DNA of 61,674 nucleotides from Actinomycetota bacterium (GCA_005884125.1 VAXP01000114.1:1-61674); one strand, 5' to 3'. Shown: positions 1 through 9,324, numbered from the stretch's first letter. Numbers and translations are program-made. The notes: generated by a model not told the origin, from the letters alone.

Positions 1-430
1 CGTCGGAGGCCACCAGCCAGTAGCCCATCCCGGTGTTGTCGGGCGCCATACCCACCATGGGCTGGTTGAGCTTGATGGCCCCGGTCGAGCCGAAGAAGCC
101 GGCGTCGCCGAAGGCGAAGATGCCGCCGTCGGAGGCCACCAGCCAGTAGCCGTCGCCGGTGGGCGTGGCCGCCATGCCCACGACGGGCTGGTTGAGCTTG
201 ATGGCCCCGGTCGAGCCGTGGAACTCGCCGCTTCCGAACGTGAACGTGCCTCCGTCGCTGGCCACGAACCAGTAGCCCTCGTTGGCCGGGCAGCTCGACG
301 CGGCGGCGGCCGCCGCGGTCGCGCCGCTGGGGGAGAGGGCCACAGCCGTTGAGGCGGCGAGGAGGACGGCAACGGACGCGCACCTTCGAACGACTCCACC
401 TATCGCCGCAGCTGGGTGTCCCATCGCCAT
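1..430 (-). CDS. secreted repeat protein, N-terminal part (gene continues past the window start)
   Basis: Absent from the ORF track because it runs off the window. Reverse-strand ATG at 430-428 is preceded by AGGAAGG. Translation is [61 protein letters not shown]..., a signal peptide followed by [31 protein letters not shown]-type repeats. The same repeat fills the C-terminal half of 15953..17896. Confidence 0.7.
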   Translation of the reverse strand, partial: MAMGHPAAAIGGVVRRCASVAVLLAASTAVALSPSGATAAAAAASSCPANEGYWFVASDGGTFTFGSGEFHGSTGAIKLNQPVVGMAATPTGDGYWLVASDGGIFAFGDAGFFGSTGAIKLNQPMVGMAPDNTGMGYWLVASD

Positions 431-594
431 CCTTCCTTGCTCTGCCCGCTCAGCGGTTGTTCAGGACGGCGCCGCTGCCTCCCCAGGCGCCCCGACTCGG
501 TCTCAGCGGGCTCGACCGGCTCACTGACCTACGTACGGCCCCGGGTACGCACCTGGATGCCGCGTCGCTCCTCGCGTCGCCCGTCATGGCCTTG

Positions 595-1770
595 TCAGCG
601 CGGCCCCGGGAGGGGAAGGCCGAGCCGTCCCGCCAGGGCGGCCACGTCGGCCGCGCTCCCGGCCGACATGCGGGGATTGGCCGCCAGCACGACCCCGAGG
701 CGGGACGCGGCCTCGGCCCGGTCGCCGCGGGCCACGCTGATGGCGGCCGCGTGGAAGTTCAGGAGGGGGTCCCGCGAGCCGAGGCTCAGGGCCCGGTCGC
801 TCTCCCGCGCCGCTTCGTCCAGCCGGCCGGTGCGGTAGAGGGCCCACGCCAGCACGTCGTGGCCGAAGGCGCTGGGGCGGGCCCGCTCGCCCCGGCGGGC
901 CCGGGCCAGGGCGCCGGGGCCACCGCCGTGGTCGGCGTCGAACAGGGCCAGCTCGAGGTCCACGTCGACCCCGTTGGCCGCGAAGAGGCGCTCCAGAACC
1001 CGCACCAGGGCATAGGCGTCGGCCGCCTCCGACGGACGGCGGGCGGCGGCGAGGTCGTCTCCCCGGGCGATGGCGTAGAGGGCCAGGGGCTGGTCGCGCA
1101 CCACGCCCTCCAGCGCGTCGGCCGCCTGCCCAGGCTGGCCCCGGGCCACGAGGACGGCGGCCCGCCCGGCCCGGGCCGAGGCGAAGCCGGGGAAGGAGCG
1201 CTCGGCCGATGCGTAGGCGGCTTCCGCCCCGGACGTGTCCCCGCTGGTCAACAGGAGGGTCCCCAGCTGGGCCTGCACGTAGGCCACGTTCTCGCCCCCA
1301 CCGCCGCCTCCAGCCTCGACAGCCGCGCTCCGGGCGTAGGAGGCCCGGGAGAGGCTGGCCAGGTCGGGCCGCAGGTCGGCCATGGCCTGCGTCTGGGCTC
1401 CCGCCTCTGCGTACAGGCCGAGCTCGTTGTCGGCGTCGACGAGCACCCCCCTGGCCTCGGGTGAGTCGGGAAAGAGCCGCACCGCCCGTCGACCCACGCG
1501 GCGGGCCTCGCCAAAACGGTGCAGGGCCAGGTCGAGGGTGCCCTGGGTGACGAGCACACCCAGGTCGTCGGGGGTGCGCCGGGCGAGGTCGTGCAGGATG
1601 CCTCCGGCCTTGGAGTACAGCGTGGGGTCGCCGGTCTCGCGGACCTTCTGCAGGAAGGCCCGGGCCAGGTCGAGAAGCCCCTGGCTGTCGCGGGGAGCCG
1701 CGGCCAGACGGGCCTGGGCCGTGGCTATGGCCCTGTCGGTGGGCGAGGCGCTGCTGGCGTCCACGGCCAC
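595..1770 (-). CDS. tetratricopeptide-repeat protein, probable lipoprotein (true start probably upstream of 1770)
   Basis: 391-aa ORF with Ala/Leu/Arg-rich helical repeats typical of TPR. The frame stays open upstream and encodes AAGLLLLAAVPAC-SGGGG, a lipobox with its Cys codon at 1812-1810. No in-frame ATG/GTG/TTG precedes that signal. Confidence 0.75.
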   Translation of the reverse strand: MAVDASSASPTDRAIATAQARLAAAPRDSQGLLDLARAFLQKVRETGDPTLYSKAGGILHDLARRTPDDLGVLVTQGTLDLALHRFGEARRVGRRAVRLFPDSPEARGVLVDADNELGLYAEAGAQTQAMADLRPDLASLSRASYARSAAVEAGGGGGGENVAYVQAQLGTLLLTSGDTSGAEAAYASAERSFPGFASARAGRAAVLVARGQPGQAADALEGVVRDQPLALYAIARGDDLAAARRPSEAADAYALVRVLERLFAANGVDVDLELALFDADHGGGPGALARARRGERARPSAFGHDVLAWALYRTGRLDEAARESDRALSLGSRDPLLNFHAAAISVARGDRAEAASRLGVVLAANPRMSAGSAADVAALAGRLGLPLPGPR

Positions 1771-1880
1771 GAACGGGGCGGGCCCCCGGGGTGGGCCGCC
1801 GCCCCCGCTGCAGGCGGGGACGGCGGCCAGGAGGAGCAGCCCGGCCGCGCATGCCGCGGCCGCTCGCGGGCGTGGCCGCG

Positions 1881-3422
1881 CTAGCAGGGCGGCGAGGTGG
1901 GCTGTCCCGCCGGGGCCGGCGGGTTGGGGGCCTGCTGGCAGTAGCCCGCTATGGGGGTGGGGGCGTAGGGGAACGTCGACATGAGCGGGGTGCTCAGAGG
2001 CACGCCGTCGATCCCCTGGGAAAGGTTCTTGTTGGGAGCGGGAGGATCGAAGGTGTTCTTCGGGTCGGGGCTGAGTGCGGTCCCGCCGGCCAGGAGGCGA
2101 ACCAGGATGTCCACCACGTCATCGCCCAGGCGCCTTCCGTTGGGGAAGCCGTCGGCGTTGCCGTTGCTGCCGTCCATGGCCGGGCCCAGGAAGCCCAGCC
2201 TGGTGAACGACCCCGGCGAGGAGGTCGGCGTGGCCAGGTTGAGCCGGAGCAGGTCGGCGGGCGGGAGCAGGTTGGGGGTGGAGAGGCCGAGCGCCGCCCC
2301 CCGGAGAACGGCGACGATGTCCGTCCGCCGCGGGTTGCCGGACGCATCGAATCCACCCTGGGGCGTCTTGACGCCGGGGTAGAGGACGGGGATCAGCTTG
2401 GCCGGCTCCGGGTCGAGGATGTTGGGGAAGAACTGGGCGTCGTCCTTGGGATCCACCGAGTTCCAGTGGTCCTTGAGCCCGAGGGGGATGAGGACCTCGT
2501 TGACCAAGGGGAGACCGAGCCTGCTCACCTGCACCCATCGACCGGCGTTACGGGGGGCGCCACCGGCCAGGTCCAGGACCCGCACCCGCTGGCGGCTGGC
2601 CGCGGCATACACGCCGATGACAGAGGCGGGATCGTCGATGGTGGTCGGCATGTTGGCGTTGCGGCTGACCGCGGTGATCGGAAGCTGCATGGCGATGACG
2701 TGGACGTTCAAGCCGGCGAGTCCGTCGACCCCGGCTGGTGTTCCCATCGGGGGCGTGGGCTCGGGGATGGCGTGGGCGCCGTTGAAGGGCCGCAGCCCGA
2801 GCAGGTCGAAGATGGACCCGAGGTCGACGAAGAACGGATCCTTGCGCTGGCCGGCGAAGAAGGCGCTGCCGTCGGCCAGGTGGGCGACGGTGGGCTGGGC
2901 CAGCTTGGTCTCGTAGTTCGGGGTGGACCGGGGTCCGATGTTGACCGGTGGTGTGGGCTGGTTGGCCAGCAGCATGTGCGAGCCCGAGCGGTCGATGCGC
3001 TGCACCGAGTACACCTGCTGGACGTTGAAGTTGGCGTCAGCCGGGCTTGCGATGGGTCCCGTGTTGTAGAGGAAGGTGTTGGCGTTCTGGACCTGGGTGC
3101 GGAAGCGGAACTGGTAGGTGATGTCGTCCGTCGCCCCGCCCGTGTTGTTGATGTGGATCTCGTAGAGGACGTCGTCGCCGAACTTGGCGAAGTTGGGCCC
3201 ACCGGCGGGCTGCTCGAGGCCGATGTAGCCGGCCAGGATGTCGACCTTGGTGGAGTCGACCGGGTCGCGGAAGGCGTACAGGTCGGTGTTGTCGGCGACG
3301 GGGTCCTGGCTGATGAGCGGCGCCTCACGGTGGCTCGAGGCCAACGCCGGTGCCGTGGCGAAGGTGGCCAAGGCGAGAGATCCGGCCAGGGTCACTGCCA
3401 TCAAGCCTCGCGTGTGATTCAC
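1881..3422 (-). CDS. secreted DUF4331-family protein
   Basis: 513-aa ORF with a signal peptide (...TAPALA) directly followed by SSHREAPLISQDPVADNTDLYAF. From memory this is the characteristic N-terminus of DUF4331 proteins. Strong G/C third-position bias. Confidence 0.8.
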   Translation of the reverse strand: MNHTRGLMAVTLAGSLALATFATAPALASSHREAPLISQDPVADNTDLYAFRDPVDSTKVDILAGYIGLEQPAGGPNFAKFGDDVLYEIHINNTGGATDDITYQFRFRTQVQNANTFLYNTGPIASPADANFNVQQVYSVQRIDRSGSHMLLANQPTPPVNIGPRSTPNYETKLAQPTVAHLADGSAFFAGQRKDPFFVDLGSIFDLLGLRPFNGAHAIPEPTPPMGTPAGVDGLAGLNVHVIAMQLPITAVSRNANMPTTIDDPASVIGVYAAASRQRVRVLDLAGGAPRNAGRWVQVSRLGLPLVNEVLIPLGLKDHWNSVDPKDDAQFFPNILDPEPAKLIPVLYPGVKTPQGGFDASGNPRRTDIVAVLRGAALGLSTPNLLPPADLLRLNLATPTSSPGSFTRLGFLGPAMDGSNGNADGFPNGRRLGDDVVDILVRLLAGGTALSPDPKNTFDPPAPNKNLSQGIDGVPLSTPLMSTFPYAPTPIAGYCQQAPNPPAPAGQPTSPPC

Positions 3423-3498
3423 GATGCGCTCCCTTGTGCTCGTCCTTGTCGGTCTCTAGATGCAGCTGTGGTTCGGATGGGTCGGAGGATGTGACGGG

Positions 3499-4299
3499 TC
3501 ATGGCGCCAGCCCCACCACCTGCCAGCCGTCGCCGACCGGCGCCAGCACCACGGAGAAGGGCTTGGGTCCTCCCGTGATGGGGATGGCACGAGCCCACGC
3601 CAGGGCGTCGGTGGTGTACTGGGCGACCAGTGCCGCCGAGGCGGGGCCCGCGGCCACGGAGCCGGTCGGGCCGGCGCCGAGCGATGAAGGGGTGCCGCAA
3701 AGCGCAAGCTGACCGACCTGCTCGAGTCCCAGGGGCGGGTCCACCGCCTGCACGCCCCGGGCCGCAGTCTGGTCACAGGCCTGCACGGCCCGGGCCCACT
3801 TCAGGGCGGCCGGGGCGGCCAGCGAATCGGAGGGCCAGATCGCCTGCAGCGCGGGCTCGGGCTCCAACAGCCACCCGCCGCCCTCCCGACGACCGGTCCA
3901 CGTCTGGCGCTCGCGGGCCGGGCTGAGGCCGATGAAGGGATCGAGAGAGGGGCGGTGCTGGACCAGCACCACCACGGAGCCCGGCTTGGCGCCGTCGCCC
4001 TCGATCCGGAACTGGGTGACGGCCGGAAGCTCGGTACGCCGGCGGGTCCAGTCGGCGACGTCGCGGTATTGGGCCCGTCCGCCGGCGGAGAGGAGGGCGT
4101 AGGAATGCTGATGGTCGAGACGCATCTCCGCGTCGAGCAGCGACTGGACGGCGGCGCGGGGGCTGGCCGCGGGCGCCGGCGGCGCTGCCGCGGCCGGCGG
4201 GGCCGGCCCCGTCGAAACCGGGGAGGACGAGGCGTGTCGGGCCACGGCGCGGTGGGGCCCGCCGCATGCGATCATGGCCGCAGCACCGACCACATACAC
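3499..4299 (-). CDS. hypothetical lipoprotein (start uncertain: GTG 4299 or 4293, or ATG 4275)
   Basis: The track ORF 3499..4503 would run through the start of the divergent transporter gene. Internal starts give VYVVGAAAMIAC-GGPH, a short hydrophobic segment plus Cys (lipobox-like), then an Ala/Pro linker and a globular part. Confidence 0.55.
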   Translation of the reverse strand: MYVVGAAAMIACGGPHRAVARHASSSPVSTGPAPPAAAAPPAPAASPRAAVQSLLDAEMRLDHQHSYALLSAGGRAQYRDVADWTRRRTELPAVTQFRIEGDGAKPGSVVVLVQHRPSLDPFIGLSPARERQTWTGRREGGGWLLEPEPALQAIWPSDSLAAPAALKWARAVQACDQTAARGVQAVDPPLGLEQVGQLALCGTPSSLGAGPTGSVAAGPASAALVAQYTTDALAWARAIPITGGPKPFSVVLAPVGDGWQVVGLAP

Positions 4300-4363
4300 G
4301 GAACCCCTCAGGGTCGTACCAAGGCCGATCACCACCCTCAGTACGACCCTGGAGCGGATCCGG

Positions 4364-5827
4364 ATGAAGGCTGTGGTACGGACCAGGTCCCGCCGGGGCA
4401 GCCGGTGGGCCGAGTTGGTGCTGGGCGGGTTGCTCTCGGTTGTCGCGCTGGTTCTGCTCGCCTCACCCGCCGGCGCCCACCCCCTGGGCAACTTCACCGT
4501 CAACCGCTACGCGCGGGTCGAGGTGAGCGCGGGCCAGCTCCGCGTCTACTACGTCCTCGACGAGGCGGAGATCCCCGCCTTCGAGGACCGCGCCGCCCTG
4601 CGGACCGCACCCTCGGCCTTTCTCGCGGCCCGGGCCGAGGCCATCAAGAGCGGGCTTCGGGCGTCGGTGGACGGCCTACCCGTCGAACTGACCGTGGCCC
4701 GACAAGAGCTGACCGAGCCGGCAGGCCAGGCCGGATTGCACACCCTGCGGGTATCCGTCCTGTTTGAAGGCGCTCTGGCTCTTGTGCCCGGTTCGGCTCA
4801 CGACGCCGCGTTCGCCGACCTCAACGAGCCCAGCCGCATCGGGTGGCGGGAGATCGTCGTCCTGACCCGGGCCGACACAGCTCTGGTCAGCTCGAGCGCG
4901 CCTGCTGGCGACGCCAGCGACGAGCTGCGGCGCTACCCGGCCAACCTGATCCAGTCGCCCCTCGACCTGCGCTCGGCCCGGTTCCGTTTCCTGGCCGGCG
5001 CGACCACCGCGCCACCGGTGCCCGCCGGGCCCGCCGCTGCTGCCCCCCGGCGGGCGGGCGGACGCTTCGCCGCCCTGATCACCAGGAGCAACGTCACCCC
5101 CGGTGTCCTGTCCGGGATGCTGGCGCTGGCGCTGCTCTTCGGCGCCGGGCACGCCCTGGCGCCCGGCCACGGCAAGACGGTGATGGCCGCCTACCTCGTG
5201 GGCACCAGGGGACGGCAGCGCGACGCCGTCTACCTCGGCGCCATCGTCGCGCTCATGCACACGGCCAGCGTGCTCGTGCTCGGCGTGGCCCTCTTCCAGC
5301 TCCAGCGCTCGGCCGCTCCGGAGCGCCTCTATCCCTGGCTCACGCTGGCCACCGGGATCGCCGTCGCCGCCTACGGCTGCTTCCTGGCCCGCACCCGCAT
5401 GGCCGGGCTGGGCCACGCCCACCCGCACCGTCATCGTCGACAGGGGCATCAGCACGACGAGCACGACGAGCACGACGAGCACGACGGGCACCCGCACCGC
5501 CATCCGGAGGTGGCGCCCCTGTCGAGGCGGGGACTCGTCGTCCTGGCTGCCGCTGGCGGCCTGTTCCCGTCGCCCACGGCTCTGCTCGTCCTGGTCGCGT
5601 CCTTCAGCCTCAAACGGGCCGCGTTGGGCCTGGGGCTCATAGCCGCATTCTCGGTGGGGCTGGCCGTCACCCTCACCGGGGTGGGGCTCGCTCTCGTCTA
5701 CGGCCGGCGAGCGGTGGAACGGCGCAGGCTGCTGCCCGCGCTGCGCCTCCTGCCCATGGGCAGCGCGCTGGCCATGACCGCGCTGGGCCTGGTGTTCGCG
5801 GTGAAGGGCGCCAGTGGGCTCGCCTAG
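4364..5827 (+). CDS. RcnA/NicO-family nickel/cobalt transporter with an N-terminal extracytoplasmic domain
   Basis: ATG 4364 lies 7-13 nt after GGAGCGG. Signal/TM segment, then HPLGNFTVNRY... domain. The C-terminal half has GAGHALAPGHGKT and GGLFPSPTA motifs matching E. coli RcnA (HGLEPGHSKT / GGLIPCPAA). It also has a His-rich loop, HAHPHRHRRQGHQHDEHDEHDEHDGHPHRH, encoded partly by a 9-bp x 3 tandem repeat (CACGACGAG, 5453-5479). Confidence 0.85.
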   Translation: MKAVVRTRSRRGSRWAELVLGGLLSVVALVLLASPAGAHPLGNFTVNRYARVEVSAGQLRVYYVLDEAEIPAFEDRAALRTAPSAFLAARAEAIKSGLRASVDGLPVELTVARQELTEPAGQAGLHTLRVSVLFEGALALVPGSAHDAAFADLNEPSRIGWREIVVLTRADTALVSSSAPAGDASDELRRYPANLIQSPLDLRSARFRFLAGATTAPPVPAGPAAAAPRRAGGRFAALITRSNVTPGVLSGMLALALLFGAGHALAPGHGKTVMAAYLVGTRGRQRDAVYLGAIVALMHTASVLVLGVALFQLQRSAAPERLYPWLTLATGIAVAAYGCFLARTRMAGLGHAHPHRHRRQGHQHDEHDEHDEHDGHPHRHPEVAPLSRRGLVVLAAAGGLFPSPTALLVLVASFSLKRAALGLGLIAAFSVGLAVTLTGVGLALVYGRRAVERRRLLPALRLLPMGSALAMTALGLVFAVKGASGLA

Positions 5828-5840
5828 GCGGGGACGGGGG

Positions 5841-6449
5841 ATGGCGCTGGGCGCCGGGGTGGTGCTGGCCGCGTCCATCGCGGTCGTGGTGCTGGTCGTG
5901 CTCGTTCCCGGCGCGGGTCACGGGCATGCCCACCGCGCCAGTCCCTCCAGTCCCGCCAGCGCCACCCGCCCGGCCATCCTCGCCGACCCCGCCACAGCGG
6001 CCGGCGCGGCGTCACCGCTGGGTGGGCCCGACGTCCCCCGCGCTCGTCATCAGGTGATGCCCACCGCCGGTGGACCACCACGCGTCGTGGCCTCCGACCC
6101 GGAGCCGGGCCCGCACCCGGTCAGGCTGGGAGTCACACCGAAGGGTTGGACCGCCCTGGCCCTCATCACAGGCACCGGCGACGGTCACAGCGCCGTGTTT
6201 CATCTCTCGGGGGTCGACACCCAGCTCCGTTACGCCAGCGAATCCTCGGCCCTGGTCGTCTACCTGCTCGACACGAGGCGCGGTCTGGACGCCACCGCGG
6301 GCTACGCCGACGTCGAGTGCCCGGGCCCTTGCCGTGAGGAGCACATGCCGCTGGTCGACGGGACCGGAGACTACGAGCTGGTGGTGCGGGCCACCGGAGG
6401 TGCGTGGGCCGTGTCCATCGAGGAGTACCGCGCCGGGCGAACGGGGTGA
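5841..6449 (+). CDS. hypothetical membrane-anchored protein
   Basis: ATG 5841 follows a GGGACGGGGG tract. N-terminal TM segment (MALGAGVVLAASIAVVVLVVLV), a Pro/Ala linker, then a roughly 110-aa globular part. Same strand as, and 14 nt after, the transporter gene. Confidence 0.55.
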   Translation: MALGAGVVLAASIAVVVLVVLVPGAGHGHAHRASPSSPASATRPAILADPATAAGAASPLGGPDVPRARHQVMPTAGGPPRVVASDPEPGPHPVRLGVTPKGWTALALITGTGDGHSAVFHLSGVDTQLRYASESSALVVYLLDTRRGLDATAGYADVECPGPCREEHMPLVDGTGDYELVVRATGGAWAVSIEEYRAGRTG

Positions 6450-6458
6450 CGGACGCGA

Positions 6459-6486
6459 CCAACCCCAGGCACGAGCCTGGGGTTGG
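6459..6486. terminator. bidirectional hairpin between convergent genes
   Basis: Perfect 11-bp stem CCAACCCCAGG / CCTGGGGTTGG with a 6-nt loop (CACGAG). It lies between the stops at 6449 (+) and 6520 (-). No clear U-tract. Confidence 0.5.
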
Positions 6487-6519
6487 CGGCGACGCTCGAC
6501 GCGGACGACCCGGAGGGGA

Positions 6520-7041
6520 CTACAGGATGCCCGGGATGCAGGGCTCGGGGATGTACTGGGCCACGCTCGTTCCCGAGGTGGCGGGCGCCATCGACACGAC
6601 GCTGAGGGTGGTGCGGCTCTTCTCGAGTCCCGTGAGCACGGGCGGTGTCGATGATTGGAACTTGGCCTCGCCCTTGGCGTCGAGGGTCACTCCGTCGATG
6701 ACGGCGCTGGTCGCGGTGGCGCAGTCGAGCGACTTGGTCGTGAGGCGGAGCTGGACGGGTCCGCTCACCGGCGTGCCGGCGGCGGTGACCCCCTTCACCT
6801 CGACCTGCAGCGAGAGGGTGCCGGGGATGTTGATGTAGTTGACAAAACCCTGGGTCCCGGGGGAGGCAGCCGTGGGGATGAGCACGACGGCCAGGTCGGT
6901 GCCCACCTGGGCAGCTGGGGCAGCGCCGCCCCCGCCACCCCCGCCGCCACCGGCGTGGGCCAGGGGTGCGGTCAGGATGGCGGCCGCGGCCGCGGTCATG
7001 AGGACAGGAGCGAGGAGCTTCTTCGGGTTGAAGGGGTTCAT
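6520..7041 (-). CDS. secreted hypothetical protein
   Basis: Internal ATG (7041) gives MNPFNPKKLLAPVLMTAAAAAILTAPLAHA, a signal peptide. This is followed by a Gly run and a beta-rich domain with two Cys residues. The sequence upstream of this ATG in the track ORF looks non-coding. Confidence 0.65.
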   Translation of the reverse strand: MNPFNPKKLLAPVLMTAAAAAILTAPLAHAGGGGGGGGGAAPAAQVGTDLAVVLIPTAASPGTQGFVNYINIPGTLSLQVEVKGVTAAGTPVSGPVQLRLTTKSLDCATATSAVIDGVTLDAKGEAKFQSSTPPVLTGLEKSRTTLSVVSMAPATSGTSVAQYIPEPCIPGIL

Positions 7042-7165
7042 GGAGGGAAAGGTAGGGAGCGCCCCTGTTGGAAAGCTTTGGGCCTTCAGCGGGCCCCGCC
7101 AGCTCCCTCTCTCCCGGTTAGTGGTGGTGTTCGTGGGGGTCCTCACGGGACCCGGGAGCCGGGCG

Positions 7166-7318
7166 TCAACAGCCGGGCTGGCCCAGGTTCCCGCAGCAAC
7201 TGGAACGGGTGCGCAGCTTGGTCAGGTTGTTGGCGACCAGGAGCCTGAGCTTGGTGGCCAGGGGAGCGTCGTAGTCGCGGAAGTTGGCGAGGGAGGCGCG
7301 TGCACTGGGACGTTCCAT
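7166..7318 (-). CDS. small (50 aa) Cys-rich protein ending ...RTRSSCCGNLGQPGC
   Basis: Below the ORF-track size cutoff; found by manual translation: MERPSARASLANFRDYDAPLATKLRLLVANNLTKLRTRSSCCGNLGQPGC*. Nearly every third codon position is G/C, as in the real genes here. Divergent from the FAD oxidoreductase at 7345. Confidence 0.5.
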   Translation of the reverse strand: MERPSARASLANFRDYDAPLATKLRLLVANNLTKLRTRSSCCGNLGQPGC

Positions 7319-7344
7319 GGCGATGATGGTATGACCGATCGGCC

Positions 7345-8964
7345 ATGAAGGTGAGCGACAGCGACGGACGGGTCGGCCTTCCGTGCCCGGTGGCCGACCT
7401 GGCCGCCCGGCGCTGGGACGCGGTCGTGGTCGGCGGGGGACACAACGGCCTGACCGCGGCGGCCTACCTGGCTCGGGCGGGGCGGGTGGTGCTGGTCCTG
7501 GAGCGGCGGGACCAGCTGGGCGGGGCCTGCACCGTGGACAGGCCCTTTGCCGATTCCCGGTACCTGATCAGCCCGTGCGCCTATCTCGTGGGCCTCCTGC
7601 ACCCGCTGGTGGTGGAAGAGCTCGACCTGCGCCGGCACGGGTACCGGGTGCATGCCGTCGATCCCCACCTGTGGTGCCCGTTCGATGACGGGTCGGCGAT
7701 GGCCCTCTGGGACGACGACTCCGCCAGCGCGGCCGCCGTGGGTGAGCTAAGCCCGGGCGACGTGGAGGGCTTCCTCCGGTACCAGGGGCTCTTCGCCAGG
7801 ATCCGCCGGGCCCTGCGGCGTCCCGACCGCGACACCTGGCTGGGGCGGGCGCCGGACCGGGCCGAGCTGGAGGAGCTGCTGGGGCAAGACCCCGAGGCCA
7901 TCGACGTGCTCTTCCACGCCTCGATCGCCGAGGTGGTCGAAGGCCACGTGGGCGACCAGCGCCTCCGCGCCGCCCTCCACGGTCAGGGGATCATCGGGAC
8001 CTGGGCCGGGCCCCGAGATCCGGGCACCGCCGCCGTCCACGCCATGCACTCGATGGGCACGGTCGAGGGTCGAGGCGGGGCGTGGGGATACGTCAACGGC
8101 GGGATGGGCCAGGTGTCCTTCGCGGTGGCCGACGCCGCGGCCGAGGCCGGCGCCGTCGTGGCGTCGGGCGTGGAGGTGGCAGCCATCCTGCCCGGGGAGG
8201 GCGTCGTACTCGGGGGAGGGGACCTCATCCGGGCCGCCGCGGTCGTATCCAATGCCGATCCCCGTCGCACGGTAGCGCTGTGCCGGTCCGAAGTTCCCGC
8301 CGACTTCAGTGCGCGCGTCGACGGGTGGCGCATGCAGGGTCCGGTGGTCAAGCTGAACTGCGGCCTCACGAGCCTGCCCCGCTTCACGGCGGCAACGCGG
8401 CACGGCCCTTCCCCCTACCGGGGCATGGTGACGATCACGGGCTCCATCGACGAGACCCAACGCGGTTACGAGGACAGCCGCAACGGCGAGCCGGCGCCGG
8501 TGTGGTGCGAGCTCTACTTCCCGACCGCCTACGACTCCAGCGTGGCTCCGCCCGGTCGCCACGTCATGAGCGTCTTCGCCCAGTACGCCCCCTACCACCT
8601 CGGGCGGGGAACGTGGGAGGAGCGGCGGGAGGAGATCGGCGACGCCGTGCTGGCCCGCATAAGCCGCTTCGCGCCGGACGTAGCCGACGTCATCGAGCAC
8701 CGCCAGGTGCTGGGCCCGCCCGACATCGAGGCCACGGTCGGCCTGTCGGGGGGGCACATCTTCCAGGGGGAGTGCCTCCCGGACCAGATGTGGGACAGGC
8801 GCTTCTCGCCCCGCACGCCTGTTCCGGGGCTCTACCTGTGCGGCGCCGCCACCCATCCGGGAGGGAGCGTCATCGCCGCCAACGGGCGCAACGCAGCCAT
8901 GGCCGTGCTCGCCGATCTCGCGTCGGGGCTGCTCAGGCCGGTCGATAGCGGCCTCGCGTCGTAG
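7345..8964 (+). CDS. phytoene-desaturase-family NAD(P)/FAD-dependent oxidoreductase
   Basis: 539-aa ORF with the N-terminal dinucleotide-binding motif DAVVVGGGHNGLTAAAYLARAGRVVLVLERRDQLGG. The length and the C-terminal GLYLCGAATHPGGSV motif are typical of the CrtI/COG1233-like family. Confidence 0.85.
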   Translation: MKVSDSDGRVGLPCPVADLAARRWDAVVVGGGHNGLTAAAYLARAGRVVLVLERRDQLGGACTVDRPFADSRYLISPCAYLVGLLHPLVVEELDLRRHGYRVHAVDPHLWCPFDDGSAMALWDDDSASAAAVGELSPGDVEGFLRYQGLFARIRRALRRPDRDTWLGRAPDRAELEELLGQDPEAIDVLFHASIAEVVEGHVGDQRLRAALHGQGIIGTWAGPRDPGTAAVHAMHSMGTVEGRGGAWGYVNGGMGQVSFAVADAAAEAGAVVASGVEVAAILPGEGVVLGGGDLIRAAAVVSNADPRRTVALCRSEVPADFSARVDGWRMQGPVVKLNCGLTSLPRFTAATRHGPSPYRGMVTITGSIDETQRGYEDSRNGEPAPVWCELYFPTAYDSSVAPPGRHVMSVFAQYAPYHLGRGTWEERREEIGDAVLARISRFAPDVADVIEHRQVLGPPDIEATVGLSGGHIFQGECLPDQMWDRRFSPRTPVPGLYLCGAATHPGGSVIAANGRNAAMAVLADLASGLLRPVDSGLAS

Positions 8965-9005
8965 GCTCGTCGGGCCGGCCCTCGATCCCCCCGAGGAGAG
9001 CCCCG

Positions 9006-9215
9006 ATGAGCGCCCCCGACTCGATTGTCCTGCTGTCGGCCGACGAGGCCCAGCGCCTCCTGTACCTGCTGGACCTGTTCGAGAGCCTCCTGCGCAGGGG
9101 CGAGGTGGACGCCGCCGCCATCAGCGACGGGGACATGCTCGATGCGGACACGGCCACCCGCCTGGCCGACGTCGTCGACGAAGCGGCCCGCCCGCTCCGG
9201 GGCCAGCTCCTCTGA
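9006..9215 (+). CDS. small acidic hypothetical protein
   Basis: 69-aa ORF. ATG is preceded by GAGGAGAG. Helical, acidic sequence. Confidence 0.55.
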   Translation: MSAPDSIVLLSADEAQRLLYLLDLFESLLRRGEVDAAAISDGDMLDADTATRLADVVDEAARPLRGQLL

Positions 9216-9324
9216 GGTCCCGCCGCTCCGGGGCGAATTCGCCCGTCAGTCACCAGATCGTCGCCGTGGGGAAACGCGCCGTTCATGGGCGCGTCGTAGC
9301 GTTTGGGCCGTGGTGAGCTACGTC

